From the IMG/VR virus record IMGVR_UViG_3300005529_000030, positions 8,597 through 72,596 of that record: DNA of 64,000 nt; one strand, written 5' to 3'. Below the pieces are notes generated by a model. The model was not told where the DNA came from, made no database searches, and saw only the letters and a program-made list of their open reading frames with translations. The position numbers were made by a program, and so were the translations under genes. Within the stretch, counting starts at the first letter, position 1. Each line of letters starts with the position of its first letter. This DNA is from a virus. This document shows, piece by piece, positions 27,676 to 37,450 of this stretch.

Positions 27676-30600
27676 TGGAAGACCAAATACAGAATCAAAA
27701 TTTGGTGATGCAAGACCAAACGCAGAATCAAAATGAGCCTGAGCAGTTGGATATTTCAAAACAATATCCAAGCGCCACGAGAGTAGAGAATGGTGTTGCG
27801 TACGACGCGACAGGTAAAGCATTAGGTCCTGTCGCAGTTTCTGCTGTTTCAGCGCCTTCTACTGCGGCATCGGTGCATAAAGACGATAATTTTTTCCTCA
27901 AATTAGGGGCGGAACCAACACAAATACTGCAATCACAGCCTTCAAAACCCGATGATTTTTTTATGAAACTCGGCGGCAGTGTTGTTCAGACTGAGCAGCC
28001 ACGGTCTATTAGTCTTTGGGAAGCCCTTAATAAGCCTGTTGGCGGCGATTTTGATGCGAATAAAAGAGTATATCAAAAATTTAACCAAATGATAACAGAT
28101 TGGTTAGCTCTTCACGAACCCGAAAAATTGCCGGAATGGGCGAGACAAGCTTCTATTATCGCTGCGAGAGCACCGGCGGATATTATAGGGGCGGGCGTTG
28201 AGTCGGCAAGAAGAACTTTATCTCCTCTTGGAATTATGACTTTGGGTTTGGGACCCTTAGCGAAGGGACTCATTTCCGAGGCTCCCGTTTTAATTAAAGG
28301 AGGCGTGGGAGCATTAGAAGCGGCAACTGCGGGAGGATTTACTGTGGCGGGAGTGCAACAGGCTTTATCTAAAGGCCCTGAAGGAGAAACCCCGCTAGAG
28401 TCTTTTGAGCGTCGAGTATCAGGAGCGGGTCAAGCTTTATTGGGAGTGTTGGGAACTGCTGTTGGCTTACATGAGACAGTAAAACCTTCTACAGATTCCG
28501 TTTTAAATAAAGTAGAAAAACACTTCAGTAATAATGATTATAAAGAGGGTTTGAATTTATTAGGAAAAACCGAAATTCCTAATACCATGAAATCTCACGC
28601 AGCAACTATTATTTCAAAAGGAACCGTAGCAGACGCTGCGAATTCGTCGTGGAAAACACGAGTAAATGATGCTATGGCCGCGTCTAAACAAGCCGATGAA
28701 GCCCGTGAGGCGGCGCATGCGGCAGAACAGGCGGAGCTAAACGGAACGGGAACACGAGAACAAACCATAGAAGCGTATAATAAAGCATCCGAAGCAGCCA
28801 AAAATGCAGACAAAGCCATTGATGCGATGAACAAAGCTTCGGAAAATCGCGCCAAAGCGGCGGTAGATGCTTTGAACGCAGTTAAAGCAGCTAAAAGAGC
28901 ATTTATGGCTCCTAAGATAGTCAAAAACATAGCAACAGTTAAAGAAAACTTTAAAAAGGCTTTTCCTCCGACTTCGCGGGCACCTTACACCGACCAAGAT
29001 TTAGATGTGGCTCTTTCTCACATCTCCGATTATCATGCTCAGGAAAATATAAGTGATGCCGAGCAACTTCACGACGCATTAAATCGTGCGGAAAATAGAA
29101 TTGATAATGAGATTGCCAAAGCATCTGCGCCGCATTTGAATCAGCCTATTGCCACAAATCCTACTTTAGATGTTGCTGCGGCTTTGAAGCCTGCCGATTT
29201 ATTGGAATCGGGGTGGTTAGAACGCGGATTAAATTCCATCGAAGATTTTAATTTGAAGGATATGACAATTGGCGAAGCTCAAGAATTAATTACTAGACTT
29301 AACGACCAATTGCGCGGAATTCGTAGAAAAAATCTTTGGGATTGGAGAACAGCTATTTCTAACAGTCCTGAATATGCAGCTAAGGCGGCTTTGGTTGATA
29401 GTTTGAGAAAGGGTGTAGCTGAATCGTTGGAAAATTTAGGGGTTTCTGACGTGGCTAAGGCTAGGCTTGAACAAAAGGCTGTAATTAACGTTCGTGACGC
29501 GATAGAATCAAAACTTTCTAGAGCAAAGCAGCAAGTTCGAGGAACAGCCAAAACAACTCCGTTTAGGGAATTTTTGTCGAATCAGGCTCGACGCGCGGGC
29601 GCAGGCGTAGGAGCGATATTAGGTCGAGGAGCGGGCCACGCGATTCTTGGATGGGAATTCGGAGGAGCGGCAGGAGAAAAATTGGGAAATCTTATTTCTC
29701 CGTCCGATTTAACAAGAGATAGAATTGCTGCGGAGGCGGCAAATATTTCGGGAGATATAAATACAAGATTGGCTCAAATTACGACGTCTCCTGCGAGACC
29801 GTTACCTTGGGAAAGTCTTCCTCCTCCTGTTTTGAGCGTGTTATCCGCCGACGATATAAGACAATTATTGCGGGAATCCTCTCAATTACACGCGGATTTA
29901 GCATCTCATTATGGCGAATATGTCGGAGATACTAGTTACGCAGATTTAGAACAGAGATTTTTAGAGGATGTAGCCAACAAAAAATTACACGGCGTCGAGT
30001 TAGATTCTGCCGAGAAAAAATTGCTGTCAAATTTCAATAATCAAAATTTGGCGGATGACGAACTGATTAGAAAGGCCACACAAAAAGCACAAGAAAATGC
30101 CGCTGAACAGACCGTTCCTACTGCTACGCTGCCTAAGAACGCCGAACCGTTATTGCATCCTGATATTGAATTTCATAACAATCTTGATACTCAATCTGCG
30201 TTAGCGCATGATATAGTGCATAATATCATTGCGAAAATGCGCGGTATTCCTATGCTCGATGAAGTTTGGTCGCACGAGCATCCCGAAATTGGGGACAATG
30301 TAATGCTTGCGCCCGTTGATTGGGACGCGGAATTCGGGGACAGGCAAGGCGGCTTCGACTTAGAAAAAGCCGCTAAGAGAATAGACGACATCGCAGATGT
30401 GTATGTGGCGGGCGCTGTAGCCAATGATTTGTGGCATGACGTTCCGTTTACAGAGAACGAACATGCTGGCGCAGATATAGCGGCTTTGAGAAAATTTCTT
30501 CAAGACGCGGGATTGTCAGATGCGGAAGCTTCTAGAGTTATAGCGGCTGCTGCGGAAAGGGTTCGTGCTGACTTGTCTAGACCGGGAATGAAAGAATTCG

Positions 30601-32108
30601 TTGAAAGCCACGCATCAGTAAGAGAACCCGGCCTTGACAGAAGTTTACATATCAGCAAAGATAGAATGAATCAAATTTACAAAGATTTGGGATTAGGAGA
30701 GAAAAATGAACCAAGTAACAAGCAGCTTGCAGGGCAGCCTGAGCGACATGCTGAAAAAGTTGAGCCAACAACTAAAACAGGCGGAGCCGAAGCAGAAACA
30801 GGTGTTCAAGGACGCCCTACTGAAGAGTCAGACCAATCTCCCGAAACCTCTAGGACAGGAGAAGGGACTGCTGAAACAACAGGAGGCCCCAGCGCCAGCA
30901 TTGCCAAGCCCGAACAACCCGCCTTTTCTAGAGTAGCGGAACTTCCGTTGAAGCACGAGTATCGAGCGCAGATAAAAAGGCAGGGAGAAGAAAAACCCAT
31001 AATTGAAATTATTCCTGCCCATTCTAGCCATGAAGTATTTGATATTGCTAGAGAAAAATATCCCGATGCCGTAGCTATTGATGTGGGAGAGCCGAAGCCA
31101 CCAGCATTTGAAGATAAATACGCGGTACCTAAGAAAAAAATTCTTTCGTTGCCTATGCATCGTATTCCCTCAAGAATCCCAATAGAAATTATAAAACACG
31201 AACTAGGTCATGCTCTTGTGGGAACTAAAGAAGGCGTGGGTTTAAATGGCATGCTAAGGCATACGTATCCAAAAATGGGCAAGAATTTTATCGCCGCCGT
31301 TGATTGGAAAACCGAAGGTCTTTTTGAACCCGGCCCGCACGGCCCTATATTAAAACCTGACAAGGTTATGCCTGTAATAAGGGCCGTTATGGGCGGCATA
31401 GCTGCGGATGAAGTTTTTAACAACATTCCACGAAATGAAAATCATAATTTTAATTCAATGCTTACGAGACAGGATTCTGATGGAGGCATGGCTCTAAGAT
31501 TTCTAAAAGAGGTAGGATACGATAATACCTCAGCCCTAGATGTAATAAATAAAGCCATAGATGAAAATAAACAGTTCTTGACAAACAAGCACGTATCGGA
31601 CATAATTAATGAGAATGCAGGAGTAAGAGAAGAGGGCTTATCCGAGCAATATCATTACAGCCCGCAACGCATACAACAGATGTATAATGAAATTGTGAGG
31701 AGGCAGAATGCAGAACAAGCAGCAGGACCAGCAGAACAAAACGCTGACTACGGAAGAACTAATGGAGAAGGCGATAGAGAGCGCAAAACGGATGTCGCCC
31801 GAACAGAAGCGGCAAGTGAGGCAGCAAATAGACAAAGAACTGAATCGGTAAGACCTGAGTCTCCTGCTTTTTCAATTCCAAAAGAAAGAACCACGGGAAA
31901 CCCCGAACACGACGCTGCAATTAAGGAAGGCGGAGGCGTGCCTGCTGGAGTTATGCGCGGCGACCCTCAGATAGGACTTCCTGAATTAACCTTATTCCAC
32001 GACCCGCAAACAGGAACTACCTTAGCCCTGAAAACGGCGGATGGAATAGACTCTGAAAAAGTACGTCGAAAACTAGAAGACAGCCGTGCCCAATATGCGA
32101 AAAAATAG
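27675..32108 (+). CDS. Large ejection/polyvalent protein with M41-like zincin domains
   Basis: 1477 aa; KHELGH...MGGIAADE...DSD at 31197; degenerate AHDIVH...VAGAVAND..GAD at 30207. Confidence 0.65.
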   Translation: MEDQIQNQNLVMQDQTQNQNEPEQLDISKQYPSATRVENGVAYDATGKALGPVAVSAVSAPSTAASVHKDDNFFLKLGAEPTQILQSQPSKPDDFFMKLGGSVVQTEQPRSISLWEALNKPVGGDFDANKRVYQKFNQMITDWLALHEPEKLPEWARQASIIAARAPADIIGAGVESARRTLSPLGIMTLGLGPLAKGLISEAPVLIKGGVGALEAATAGGFTVAGVQQALSKGPEGETPLESFERRVSGAGQALLGVLGTAVGLHETVKPSTDSVLNKVEKHFSNNDYKEGLNLLGKTEIPNTMKSHAATIISKGTVADAANSSWKTRVNDAMAASKQADEAREAAHAAEQAELNGTGTREQTIEAYNKASEAAKNADKAIDAMNKASENRAKAAVDALNAVKAAKRAFMAPKIVKNIATVKENFKKAFPPTSRAPYTDQDLDVALSHISDYHAQENISDAEQLHDALNRAENRIDNEIAKASAPHLNQPIATNPTLDVAAALKPADLLESGWLERGLNSIEDFNLKDMTIGEAQELITRLNDQLRGIRRKNLWDWRTAISNSPEYAAKAALVDSLRKGVAESLENLGVSDVAKARLEQKAVINVRDAIESKLSRAKQQVRGTAKTTPFREFLSNQARRAGAGVGAILGRGAGHAILGWEFGGAAGEKLGNLISPSDLTRDRIAAEAANISGDINTRLAQITTSPARPLPWESLPPPVLSVLSADDIRQLLRESSQLHADLASHYGEYVGDTSYADLEQRFLEDVANKKLHGVELDSAEKKLLSNFNNQNLADDELIRKATQKAQENAAEQTVPTATLPKNAEPLLHPDIEFHNNLDTQSALAHDIVHNIIAKMRGIPMLDEVWSHEHPEIGDNVMLAPVDWDAEFGDRQGGFDLEKAAKRIDDIADVYVAGAVANDLWHDVPFTENEHAGADIAALRKFLQDAGLSDAEASRVIAAAAERVRADLSRPGMKEFVESHASVREPGLDRSLHISKDRMNQIYKDLGLGEKNEPSNKQLAGQPERHAEKVEPTTKTGGAEAETGVQGRPTEESDQSPETSRTGEGTAETTGGPSASIAKPEQPAFSRVAELPLKHEYRAQIKRQGEEKPIIEIIPAHSSHEVFDIAREKYPDAVAIDVGEPKPPAFEDKYAVPKKKILSLPMHRIPSRIPIEIIKHELGHALVGTKEGVGLNGMLRHTYPKMGKNFIAAVDWKTEGLFEPGPHGPILKPDKVMPVIRAVMGGIAADEVFNNIPRNENHNFNSMLTRQDSDGGMALRFLKEVGYDNTSALDVINKAIDENKQFLTNKHVSDIINENAGVREEGLSEQYHYSPQRIQQMYNEIVRRQNAEQAAGPAEQNADYGRTNGEGDRERKTDVARTEAASEAANRQRTESVRPESPAFSIPKERTTGNPEHDAAIKEGGGVPAGVMRGDPQIGLPELTLFHDPQTGTTLALKTADGIDSEKVRRKLEDSRAQYAKK

Positions 32109-32109
32109 A

Positions 32110-32640
32110 AGAAAAGAAAATTAGTGAATTGAGCAAATATGACCAAGCCGCCGCAATATAGGAAATGGTCACAAAGTAAGAAGTTTTTATAACAATATTA
32201 TAGACCCGTCTAAAATCCTGATGACGTGACCGTGGATACTCATGCGGTTGCTGCGGCCACGCTGATGCCTTTAGGTGCTGATTCCCCGGAAGTTAAAGAT
32301 AACTTCGGCGCTGCGGGAGAATCTAATTACACTGGTGTTGTCGGAAATTATCCGTTATACGTTGAAGCATATCGCCGAGCCGCTAAAGAACTTGGCCTTC
32401 TGAATTGCAATCCGTAGTATGGGAAAAAATAAGGAAATTATTTCCGACTGAGTGGAAGACAAAACAAAACTTAAAAAAGCGGTTAAAAAGGAATGGGAAA
32501 AGTACGAAGACGGCAAACAGTCTGCGGAAACCACCCGACAAAAAATTATGGATATGGCCCGAAAAGCAAATATTGACAAACAGCCTGAAACCAAATATAC
32601 TAAAACAGGACTAGAAACTCTGTCGAAAGGATTAAAATAA
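32110..32640 (+). pseudogene. Frameshifted remnant of an HhH/glycosylase-like polyvalent-protein domain
   Basis: GHKVRSFYNNI / VTVDTHAVAAA..Y.EAYRRAAKELG / ELQSVVWE spread over three frames. Confidence 0.6.
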
Positions 32641-32816
32641 TGGAAAAAGACATTGTTCTTGAAAAAAAAATGAAGCAAGACAAAATTCCTCTTACTCGTA
32701 AAAACTATTTGGAATTAGCTTATTTTGGTAATCCGCCAGATGAATTAAGTGCCGAAGAAGAGGCCGAATTGCCCGAACAATTTAGAAAAATGTCGGAGGA
32801 GAATTCAGATGAGTGA
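32640..32816 (+). CDS. 58-aa hypothetical protein (below the ORF-track cutoff)
   Basis: MEKDIVLEKKMKQDKIPLTRKNYLELAYFGNPPDELSAEEEAELPEQF; AAGGA RBS. Confidence 0.6.
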   Translation: MEKDIVLEKKMKQDKIPLTRKNYLELAYFGNPPDELSAEEEAELPEQFRKMSEENSDE

Positions 32817-32881
32817 CTTTGCTTATGTGGATGCGAAAATTATTCCTGGAAAAATAGCCGTTCCCATAGAGGATTTAACCA

Positions 32882-33673
32882 ATGAACAGCGACAGCAGTT
32901 GGCTACAGAAGAATTCGAGCGTCTCTTGCGTCGTTATGCCGACTCACAAACGACCCGAAATGTTGGCCTTGGCCTTGGAGAAAATCTCTAATTCGGAAAA
33001 TCAAGTTGATGACGTAAGAATATTTGCAGATACTGACTGTAATATTGAGGAAGTAGAATTTGTCAGAGATGAGTATTGTCCAAGAGCGTTAATTTTTCAT
33101 GCCCGTCCGCATGTTTCCGTTCCTTCGGGAATGTGGAACATACTTCAAGCCCTAAAAGCTGGATACGAGACTAAAGCCGAATACGTGTTTCTTATTGAAG
33201 AAGACGTATTGGTGGGCCGAAATTTTTTCAATTGGCATTTTACGGCGCAGGCCGCCAATGATTATTTTGCTACGTGCGGTCGAAGAATGCGGCATCTGCC
33301 AAGCTATAATCAGTACACTAATCCTGGAAGTTGTTTTAAGCGCGGTTCTTTGTCTTTGGTAGTGGAACACATAAATGACAGTCTATTTGAAAACAGGCAA
33401 GCCTATATGGACCGCACCTTTGGGCCGATGCCTGAAGTATCCGATTTAGATGACGGATTGATTAGACGCATAGCTAAATTTTATGGCCTATCCGTTCTTT
33501 ACCCCGACACGCCACAATGCGCGCATATCGGGTTCAGAGCATATAATCATTACATGGATTGGGTTAATACAGGGAACATAGAGCAAAGAATTTCAAAACT
33601 CAGGACCATGCTATCTGAAATAGACCCCAATAACAGGTTTACCGGAGACTTTGAGCCGATTTTACTCTCTTGA
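32882..33673 (+). CDS. GT-A fold glycosyltransferase
   Basis: VVMPTHKRPEML; VFLIEEDV (DxD-like); C-terminal AHIG. Confidence 0.75.
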   Translation: MNSDSSWLQKNSSVSCVVMPTHKRPEMLALALEKISNSENQVDDVRIFADTDCNIEEVEFVRDEYCPRALIFHARPHVSVPSGMWNILQALKAGYETKAEYVFLIEEDVLVGRNFFNWHFTAQAANDYFATCGRRMRHLPSYNQYTNPGSCFKRGSLSLVVEHINDSLFENRQAYMDRTFGPMPEVSDLDDGLIRRIAKFYGLSVLYPDTPQCAHIGFRAYNHYMDWVNTGNIEQRISKLRTMLSEIDPNNRFTGDFEPILLS

Positions 33674-33749
33674 GTGCTCTAAAAGCGGCTCGGTTTCGAT
33701 TTCGTCCCAAGCCTTATTTGGCGTTGGGTTTAAAAGCGTAGTCTGCTCT

Positions 33750-34020
33750 TCAACCGTTGCGTTTGATTCTTCTTGTTTTTTCATTTTTCTTTCTTTTACG
33801 ATTCTCAAAATTTTTTACGAAGCTGCCGTGTTTGCATAAGTACGATTCCGGGCACAGTGGACGAGTCAGTTAATTTACGAACCATAAAATCTTTGCAATC
33901 GCAGAAATATCTAGCAAAAAGATGGCCTACGCGAGTCACAATGTGAACTTCCGTAGGGTCGGATTCGGACGACACGTAAAAAATTTTACAAAAACCGTCT
34001 CCATTTTGTTTTTTAGGCAC
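33750..34020 (-). pseudogene. SWIM zinc-finger protein, apparently frameshifted
   Basis: YFCDCKDF in one frame and YLCKH in the +1 frame; 5' end abuts the IS right end. Confidence 0.45.
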
Positions 34021-34064
34021 AGTTAGTTTGATACTCCCAGGGCAAACCCTGGGATTCTGTTTGC

Positions 34065-35129
34065 CTAGTTGCATTGCTGCACCTCGGTTCCCAGAAACGG
34101 GACTACCAATAGGCCCGAATCGGAGCGCACTGAGTCTCCGACTACTCCACCGATAGGCATCGCGCGTCCTGCGACGTTAAATGCCGCGTTAGCGTCTCGG
34201 TGGTCATTGTGTCCGCAATGTCCACAACGATATGACTTACCGTTGGGCTTGGTTAACTGATGGCATCGGGAGCACTCCTGCGATGTATACGCAGAATCTA
34301 CTTCCAGCACCATTACCCCGCGCAAAGCGGCTTTGTAGAGAATGAATTGAAGCAACTGATAGAAAGACCACTGAGACGACTCGCTATAACGGCGAATCTT
34401 CCCCTTCCTGACGTTCTCCAATTTCTCTACGTTAATGCACCGACGATGTTTCGCGGCGTAGTCCACAATCTGCTTGGACACGACATGATTTTCGTACTTC
34501 GTGCGTCTTGATTGCTTATTACGAATCTCGTGAAGAAGACGCTTCTTCCCAAGACCCTGCAAATTTGCTTTCCGCCCCCTCCAGACTTCTTTTGTCTTTG
34601 CTGGGTTGAAACCAAGATGCAAAACTTTCCCGCTTTGTGGGTCTGCCAACGTTGCGACAGCACCAACCGAGTTACGGTCAACGCCCACTGTTCCCGTGCA
34701 CACGAACTGCTTATCCGCTTTTGCGTTGTAGCAAACTGCTGCGTACCACCCGCCTTTGCGCATAAAAAATTCTGCACTACGGATGAATCCTACAGGCAGT
34801 CGCAACCATATAACGGGCAGAATTTCTTTTTTGAATAGTGCAGGGATTCTCAACCCGCCTGCTTCCAACTTAATCTGCCTGCCTTTGTCTCCGGAGATAG
34901 GCAACACGAGGTTGGTTACCGATTTGCATTTCTTATTTCTTTGGTACTTCGCAATCAGACTCTTGCTGATTGCGCTCGGTATCTCGTGATAATATTTACT
35001 AGAGGACTGGTCGCGATGAGCGAGCATTCTATCAACGCAGGCACGAGCCTTGGGTACCAAGGAATCAAGTACGGGACGAAGAAAATCGGGGCACTTGATT
35101 TTGATACAGCAAGTCACTGTGTCTACCAT
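34065..35129 (-). CDS. tnpB: TnpB RNA-guided endonuclease (about 354 aa)
   Basis: RuvC motifs VGVDRN, NVEKL, RDANAAFN; Zn finger CSRC..CGHC; YTSQEC. Confidence 0.9.
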   Translation of the reverse strand: MVDTVTCCIKIKCPDFLRPVLDSLVPKARACVDRMLAHRDQSSSKYYHEIPSAISKSLIAKYQRNKKCKSVTNLVLPISGDKGRQIKLEAGGLRIPALFKKEILPVIWLRLPVGFIRSAEFFMRKGGWYAAVCYNAKADKQFVCTGTVGVDRNSVGAVATLADPQSGKVLHLGFNPAKTKEVWRGRKANLQGLGKKRLLHEIRNKQSRRTKYENHVVSKQIVDYAAKHRRCINVEKLENVRKGKIRRYSESSQWSFYQLLQFILYKAALRGVMVLEVDSAYTSQECSRCHQLTKPNGKSYRCGHCGHNDHRDANAAFNVAGRAMPIGGVVGDSVRSDSGLLVVPFLGTEVQQCN

Positions 35130-35486
35130 CTTTGTGTGCGCGTCGTCTTTTGCACGAAGTTCCGCAGGAAGCTTCTTGCCGACCTTCCGTTTATTCGTGA
35201 GATGCTTACTGGCGTTGTTGATAGCATCGGCTGTGCGGTTGTTGAGTTTGGTGGCGATGCCGACCACATCCACTTTCTTCTCCGCTACCCTCCCACGGCT
35301 AACTTGAGCGCAGTTGTTGGCACTCTCAAAAGTAAGAGTGCTTCCGCCTATCTCAGCCGATTTGGTTCCTTCTATTGGGGTCGTCATGCTCGTACTCTTT
35401 GGTCTAGCGGTTTCTTCCTTTGCTCCGTAGGTGGAGCGACGTTAGAAATTCTCAAAACGTATGTCAGTCAACAAGGACGCGGCTAA
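35016..35486 (+). CDS. tnpA: Y1 (HUH) transposase
   Basis: HCVYHL..VFCTKFRR, DHIHFL (HUH), LWSSGFF.CSVG, catalytic Y in KTYVSQQ; AGAGGA RBS. Confidence 0.9.
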   Translation: MSEHSINAGTSLGYQGIKYGTKKIGALDFDTASHCVYHLCVRVVFCTKFRRKLLADLPFIREMLTGVVDSIGCAVVEFGGDADHIHFLLRYPPTANLSAVVGTLKSKSASAYLSRFGSFYWGRHARTLWSSGFFLCSVGGATLEILKTYVSQQGRG

Positions 35487-35492
35487 CCCAGA

Positions 35493-36470
35493 CTAAAGTC
35501 CGGGATTGCGCCCGCGTATCGGTTCATCCAAATTAAAACCTAAACCTGCTTTATTGGCCGCTTCTCTTCTTGCTTCGATTTCTGTTCCGACTTCGGTGTA
35601 CCTGCCTGTTACGGTAGAATCTTCATGTCCAATCCAAAAATGAACTAGACTGTCGGGAACCCCCTGCATACGCAAATGTGTAACCCTGAATCGCCGTAGA
35701 CTGTGGAATCCGCCTAAAATGCCGCATTTTGCAAATTCACGTCGGTAAAAGCTTTCGGATTCAGGAAACATTAATCCGTTTTCAATCCTAAAATGCCGCT
35801 TTAGATAGTCATTAAGCTCGCTAGGCAAGTCTACTTCTCTAATTCCTGCCTTCGTTTTCGGCGGCATCATTCTTTGGCCATCTCGTTGTCCGAATACGAC
35901 TATTTTTGATTCGGACGGCACCCAATAATTAAAATTAGGCAGTCTTTCCTCATTCGTGGCCATAGTCAATGCCAAAGCCTCTTGAATTCGCAGCCCAGAA
36001 CCCGCTAGAACGACCAAAAGGGCTTGGGTATGGCTTGGGGCCTTGGAAGTGCATTTAAATGCGTCTTGAACCGTCTGTGCGCTAGCCACGGGCCTTTTCT
36101 GTTGATTCTTATCTACAATGGGCAAGTCCATAAATTCCGTGTTCCATTTATACGGATAGACTTGCTCACCCTCTGAATTAACGATAGAACTTCGTATCTG
36201 CTTGATAATATTGACGTTAAGCTGAATCGTGCTGGCCGATAGTCCTTTGGCGGCCAAGATTGCCACAAGTTCTTTAACTTCTTTATTTCCAACGGAATCT
36301 ACGGCAAGTACGCCTATATTCGGATTCAAATTGGTTTCAATTTGCGATTTATAGGTCTTGACTGTTTCGGGACGAAGCGGATTTCTTTTACGCTTTTGTC
36401 CATTTCGTAGCCACACTTCGGCCTGTTCCCTGAATGAAGGAGTTGTCTTGTTCTTTACTTTTGTTATCAT
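35493..36470 (-). CDS. int: Tyrosine recombinase / integrase
   Basis: GLRIQEALAL, PKT, HSLRR, IGH..VT.RY catalytic residues. Confidence 0.9.
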   Translation of the reverse strand: MITKVKNKTTPSFREQAEVWLRNGQKRKRNPLRPETVKTYKSQIETNLNPNIGVLAVDSVGNKEVKELVAILAAKGLSASTIQLNVNIIKQIRSSIVNSEGEQVYPYKWNTEFMDLPIVDKNQQKRPVASAQTVQDAFKCTSKAPSHTQALLVVLAGSGLRIQEALALTMATNEERLPNFNYWVPSESKIVVFGQRDGQRMMPPKTKAGIREVDLPSELNDYLKRHFRIENGLMFPESESFYRREFAKCGILGGFHSLRRFRVTHLRMQGVPDSLVHFWIGHEDSTVTGRYTEVGTEIEARREAANKAGLGFNLDEPIRGRNPGL

Positions 36471-36495
36471 CGGACAAACCCTTTCAGTCTGTTTT

Positions 36496-36541
36496 TGATT
36501 TTACGATACAGCAGCATACCGTAAAAAATCATGGCTGTCAA
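36496..36541 (-). promoter_or_regulatory. Sigma70-like promoter of int overlapped by an inverted repeat (possible operator)
   Basis: TTGACA-17 nt-TATGCT; TGATTTTACG...CGTAAAAAATCA. Confidence 0.6.
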
Positions 36542-36669
36542 GACCAAAAAAAGTTTTAGTACTACTCGATGAGTTTTATACATTTTGAAAGTAATGCTAT
36601 ATTACATTATCATTTTTAAGGACGGATTCGATGTTCTTTTTTACATTGTTTCTCAGGCTCGATACAATT

Positions 36670-37293
36670 TTATGCATCGGTCAGATATTCGCGGTTCTTT
36701 TCGGCAATCGAAATTAAATCCAAAGGAGGTCTGGCCGTATTACAATAATATACGGCTTTAGCGGACATATATCTAATTATTAAAGACTTGTCGAATGTAG
36801 AAGAAGAATTGCGTAGTGCAGATGCCGCTTGATATAATAATGACGCTGGCATACGTAGTCGAGAATTAGAGGAAATCGTCGTGAAATAATTTAAAAGAAG
36901 ATTTAAAAGTTCGCCGTTGTTAAACCGTACTATTTCATCACTATTAAACACAGTACTGCTAGCTTGGACGAGGGCTAAAGCTCCGAAAATAATAAAATGT
37001 TTGTCTTGTACCTTAGGCAGCGGGATTTCTTTTATGGTCTTTAAAGTTTTACATCCTACTTTTAATTGTCCGTCGCGTATGTCAATTTTGCCTTCCGCTT
37101 CCCACATTCTAGGATTTTTAAAGTATGCGTGTATCGGGTTAAGAAATACGGCAATAAATGGGTGTTCGTAAGCGTGAATCCATCCCTCGCTACAAATCGG
37201 TCCCTTTCCCGTTCCTGAATGTGATACGCCTTCGCCCCACAGGGTTTTATTGTAAGTATAGCCGTTTTCGTTTGTTAATTTATATAGTTTCAT
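36670..37293 (-). CDS. Conserved phage hypothetical protein
   Basis: LYKLT..T.WGEG..H...ICS.GWIHAY..P..A.FLNPIHA pattern. Confidence 0.6.
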   Translation of the reverse strand: MKLYKLTNENGYTYNKTLWGEGVSHSGTGKGPICSEGWIHAYEHPFIAVFLNPIHAYFKNPRMWEAEGKIDIRDGQLKVGCKTLKTIKEIPLPKVQDKHFIIFGALALVQASSTVFNSDEIVRFNNGELLNLLLNYFTTISSNSRLRMPASLLYQAASALRNSSSTFDKSLIIRYMSAKAVYYCNTARPPLDLISIAEKNREYLTDA

Positions 37294-37355
37294 TTTTGTA
37301 TTAGTCAGCGGCTCAGCCCCCAACACCTTAGTCAAAAAGGAGTTGCGGGCTGAGC

Positions 37356-37450
37356 AGTGTACTTGAGCGGCAATTGTCCGCCAACCCTAGCGCGTTCCTA
37401 AGCAAACTGGCAATTCTGAAAGTGTACTTGAGCGGCAATTGTTTGTCAAC
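37356..37450 (-). repeat. Two 30-bp direct repeats (22 bp identical) separated by 35 bp; tandem promoter or mini-array
   Basis: GTTGACAAACAATTGCCGCTCAAGTACACT vs GTTGGCGGACAATTGCCGCTCAAGTACACT; copy 1 is TTGACA-17-TACACT. Confidence 0.8.

Larger units (their letters stand above)
34028..35525 (-). mobile_element. IS200/IS605-family insertion sequence (divergent tnpA/tnpB)
   Basis: Right-end hairpin CCCAGGG-TTTG-CCCTGGG then AGTATCAA; left-end hairpin CCCGGAC-TTTA-GTCTGGG; left boundary approximate. Confidence 0.85.

Noticed and set aside
27675-27740. 33-nt tandem duplication at the start of the large ejection gene
   Set aside because: In-frame low-complexity duplication (MEDQIQNQN/MQDQTQNQN); no evidence of function
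32749-32991. ORF overlapping the glycosyltransferase start (possible Met at 32809 with GGAGGAG RBS)
   Set aside because: Could be a real 60-aa gene but overlaps the GT N-terminal motif; cannot be resolved without homologues
35130-35387. 86-aa N-terminal extension of TnpB
   Set aside because: Antisense to the conserved tnpA core, so probably not translated; Met at 35129 gives a typical size
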